From the NCBI GenBank assembly GCA_005776725.1, contig SXOO01000062.1:358-64357 (forward strand): 64,000 nucleotides of DNA. Direction: 5' to 3'. Both the position numbers and the translations under genes were made by a program. This DNA is from Pseudomonadota bacterium. Lineage in GTDB: Bacteria; Myxococcota_A; UBA9042; GCA-2863065. The notes beneath the pieces were generated by a model. It saw nothing but the letters and a program-made list of their open reading frames with translations. It was not told the origin of the DNA and did no database searches. This document shows positions 62,526 to 64,000 of this stretch, piece by piece. Position 1 is the stretch's first letter; each line of letters begins with the position of its first letter.

Positions 62526-63442
62526 GGGGAACTCTCCGGGAGCGGGGCGGTCGGTTCGGGGCGGGCTTGGCCGGTGCCCTCGCCGCCGCCCGCGTCAACG
62601 GCCACGCCCATCTCCAAGCGAGACTCGGTGAGCGGGCGCTTACCCATCTTGAGAGAGAACGACGACCGGATGCGACCCTTCGAGGGGCAGTAGAGGTCGC
62701 GGTAGGTGTAGCGGGTGCCGTGGTCGGACGCGATCGAGCGGTCGATGACCACTGCGTCCTTGCAGGCCCTGGCCTCGTCGGCGTTCGGTCGAACCACCTC
62801 GAGGCTCGCGTCGTTGAACGTGTCGTCCTTCCGGAAGCTCCCCGACCAGCGGACCTCGAGCACCGGGGCCGCGGGCAGGACAAGGACCGGGGGGACGAAG
62901 TCGCGGCGCCTCCCGCCCTGGATCACCGCCACCTGCCAGCGCCCCGCGGCGTCCTCTCGGTAGATCGCCGTGTGGTCCGGCGGGCTCCCACCGGCGTACT
63001 CGGTGGTGCAGTGCCACTCGACGCGGTGACCGGGGTCGACGGGGAGTGGCGCCTCCGGCGCTGCCACAGCCGTGGGCGCACCCGAGGCCCGACGGTCGTC
63101 CAATCCCAGGATCATCGCGCGCACGCGGCGACTGGCCTTGGCCAGCTGGGCCTGGCGAGGCTTGTGCTTGGGCACACGCTCCTGACGAAGCACCGGGGTG
63201 GGTGGCGGCTTCGGCGTGACGGGGACCGTGGTCTCTGGCCCGGGCACAGTGACGCGCAGGCAGCGCTCCACGAGCTCGAGGCGGCGGGCCACACCCGCGT
63301 CGGTGATCACCTCGCGACCGGGGGTCCACTCGCGCAAGGGGAAACGCGACCCGGCGGTGAGCGCCTTCTCAGCGGGCGCTGGCCGGGCCGGCGGCTCACT
63401 CCCCAGCAACGCCAACGCAGTGATCAAGACTCCGACCATCAC
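62522..63442 (-). CDS. Hypothetical secreted protein
   Basis: 306 aa, with a hydrophobic N-terminus (MMVGVLITALALLG) and a Pro-rich segment. No family recognised. Codon usage is consistent with its neighbours, and it is coupled to the downstream gene. Confidence 0.5.
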   Translation of the reverse strand: MMVGVLITALALLGSEPPARPAPAEKALTAGSRFPLREWTPGREVITDAGVARRLELVERCLRVTVPGPETTVPVTPKPPPTPVLRQERVPKHKPRQAQLAKASRRVRAMILGLDDRRASGAPTAVAAPEAPLPVDPGHRVEWHCTTEYAGGSPPDHTAIYREDAAGRWQVAVIQGGRRRDFVPPVLVLPAAPVLEVRWSGSFRKDDTFNDASLEVVRPNADEARACKDAVVIDRSIASDHGTRYTYRDLYCPSKGRIRSSFSLKMGKRPLTESRLEMGVAVDAGGGEGTGQARPEPTAPLPESSP

Positions 63443-63502
63443 AGAAACTCCTGGACCGCTTGCCCCGGCGCACCGCGAACAGGCGCACGGCCCGAGGCGA
63501 CG

Positions 63503-64000
63503 CTACTCCATGAGCTTGCCGGCGTGTCGCACATCCGTACCACGAACGAGGAATATCACCTCCTCGGCGAGGTTGGTTGCGTGGTCGCCAATCCGCTCCA
63601 GCACCTTGCACACGGACTGCAGGTGGATCCCCTCCTCAATAGCGGTGGGGTCGGCGGTCATGGCCGCCAGGATCGCCTCGAAGAGGTCGTGGTAGCCGTC
63701 GTCGACATGGTCGTCGCTGGCGATCACGGCCTCTGCCCGATCCACGTCGTGGGCGACGAAGGCGTCGATCGCGCTGCGCACCATGGCCTGGACGGCGTCG
63801 GCGAGGCGCTCGATCCCCGAGGTGGGCACGACGAGGCGCCGTCCCGCGAGGTCCACTGCGCGCTCGCATAGGTTGACCGCCAGATCGCCGATGCGCTCGA
63901 GGTCGGTGACCATCTTGAGCGCGAGCGTGACGAACCGAAGATCGGACGCAAGCGGGTGCCGCTTGGCGAGGATCAGGAGGCATAGCTCGTCGATCTCGCG
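63503..64000 (-). CDS. phoU: Phosphate signalling complex protein PhoU (5' end beyond the right window edge)
   Basis: The track shows 63503..63913, but the frame stays open to the window end. My translation of the last bases gives REIDELCLLILAKRHPLASDLRFVTLALKMVTDLERIGD..., and the second repeat reads ...HLQSVCKVLERIGDHATNLAEEVIFLV. Both PhoU repeat signatures (D/ERIGD) are present. Confidence 0.85.
   Translation of the reverse strand, partial: REIDELCLLILAKRHPLASDLRFVTLALKMVTDLERIGDLAVNLCERAVDLAGRRLVVPTSGIERLADAVQAMVRSAIDAFVAHDVDRAEAVIASDDHVDDGYHDLFEAILAAMTADPTAIEEGIHLQSVCKVLERIGDHATNLAEEVIFLVRGTDVRHAGKLME

Noticed and set aside
1-64000. CRISPR arrays, tRNA/rRNA genes, transposases, integrases, prophage or IS boundaries
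   Set aside because: Reading both strands, I saw no regularly spaced direct repeats with unique spacers, no cloverleaf-like segments in intergenic regions, and no transposase or integrase motifs. The only repeats are in-frame coding repeats. Not excluded computationally.

Overview
This is a very GC-rich bacterial chromosomal segment, with G/C dominating third codon positions; the six-frame track is therefore full of long antisense shadow ORFs. I support about 40 protein-coding genes, densely packed and often translationally coupled through ATGA, GTGA, TTGA or TGATG start/stop overlaps. By eye I found no rRNA, tRNA, tmRNA, CRISPR array, transposase or integrase. The gene content suggests a myxobacterium (Myxococcota); this is inference, not a database result. 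That content includes a 3806-aa TPR protein, five Cys-rich-repeat lipoproteins, an Omp85 protein, a rhomboid protease, UDP-galactopyranose mutase and a sterol-desaturase-family protein. Housekeeping genes are murA, aat, asnB, glf, smpB, a fadD-like gene and phoU. Accessory content worth a second look: (1) A Cys-rich lipoprotein with a C-terminal thioredoxin-fold domain has its WCxxC first Cys replaced by an in-frame TGA, followed by a SECIS-like hairpin, making it a candidate selenoprotein. (2) A coupled four-lipoprotein operon combines Cys-rich arrays, a BPI/LBP-like two-barrel lipid-binding region, an exported Memo-family protein and a prenyltransferase/terpene-cyclase-like toroid protein, followed by a fatty-acid-hydroxylase/sterol-desaturase-family gene. 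(3) A McrB-like AAA+ gene has a short McrC-N-terminal-like partner that lacks a nuclease core, and is fused into an smpB-mlaD operon. (4) An operon encodes an HExxH lipoprotein, DUF192, a B12-binding radical SAM enzyme and a flippase-like membrane protein. (5) An Omp85 gene is directly followed by a 1045-aa Cys-rich/LamG lipoprotein. The window also holds a vapBC-type toxin-antitoxin pair with a perfect palindromic operator, an aryl-CoA ligase plus monooxygenase/OYE fusion pair, and a glycerol-1-phosphate-dehydrogenase-like gene. All functional calls rest on motifs I recognised by eye in the translations; no searches were run.
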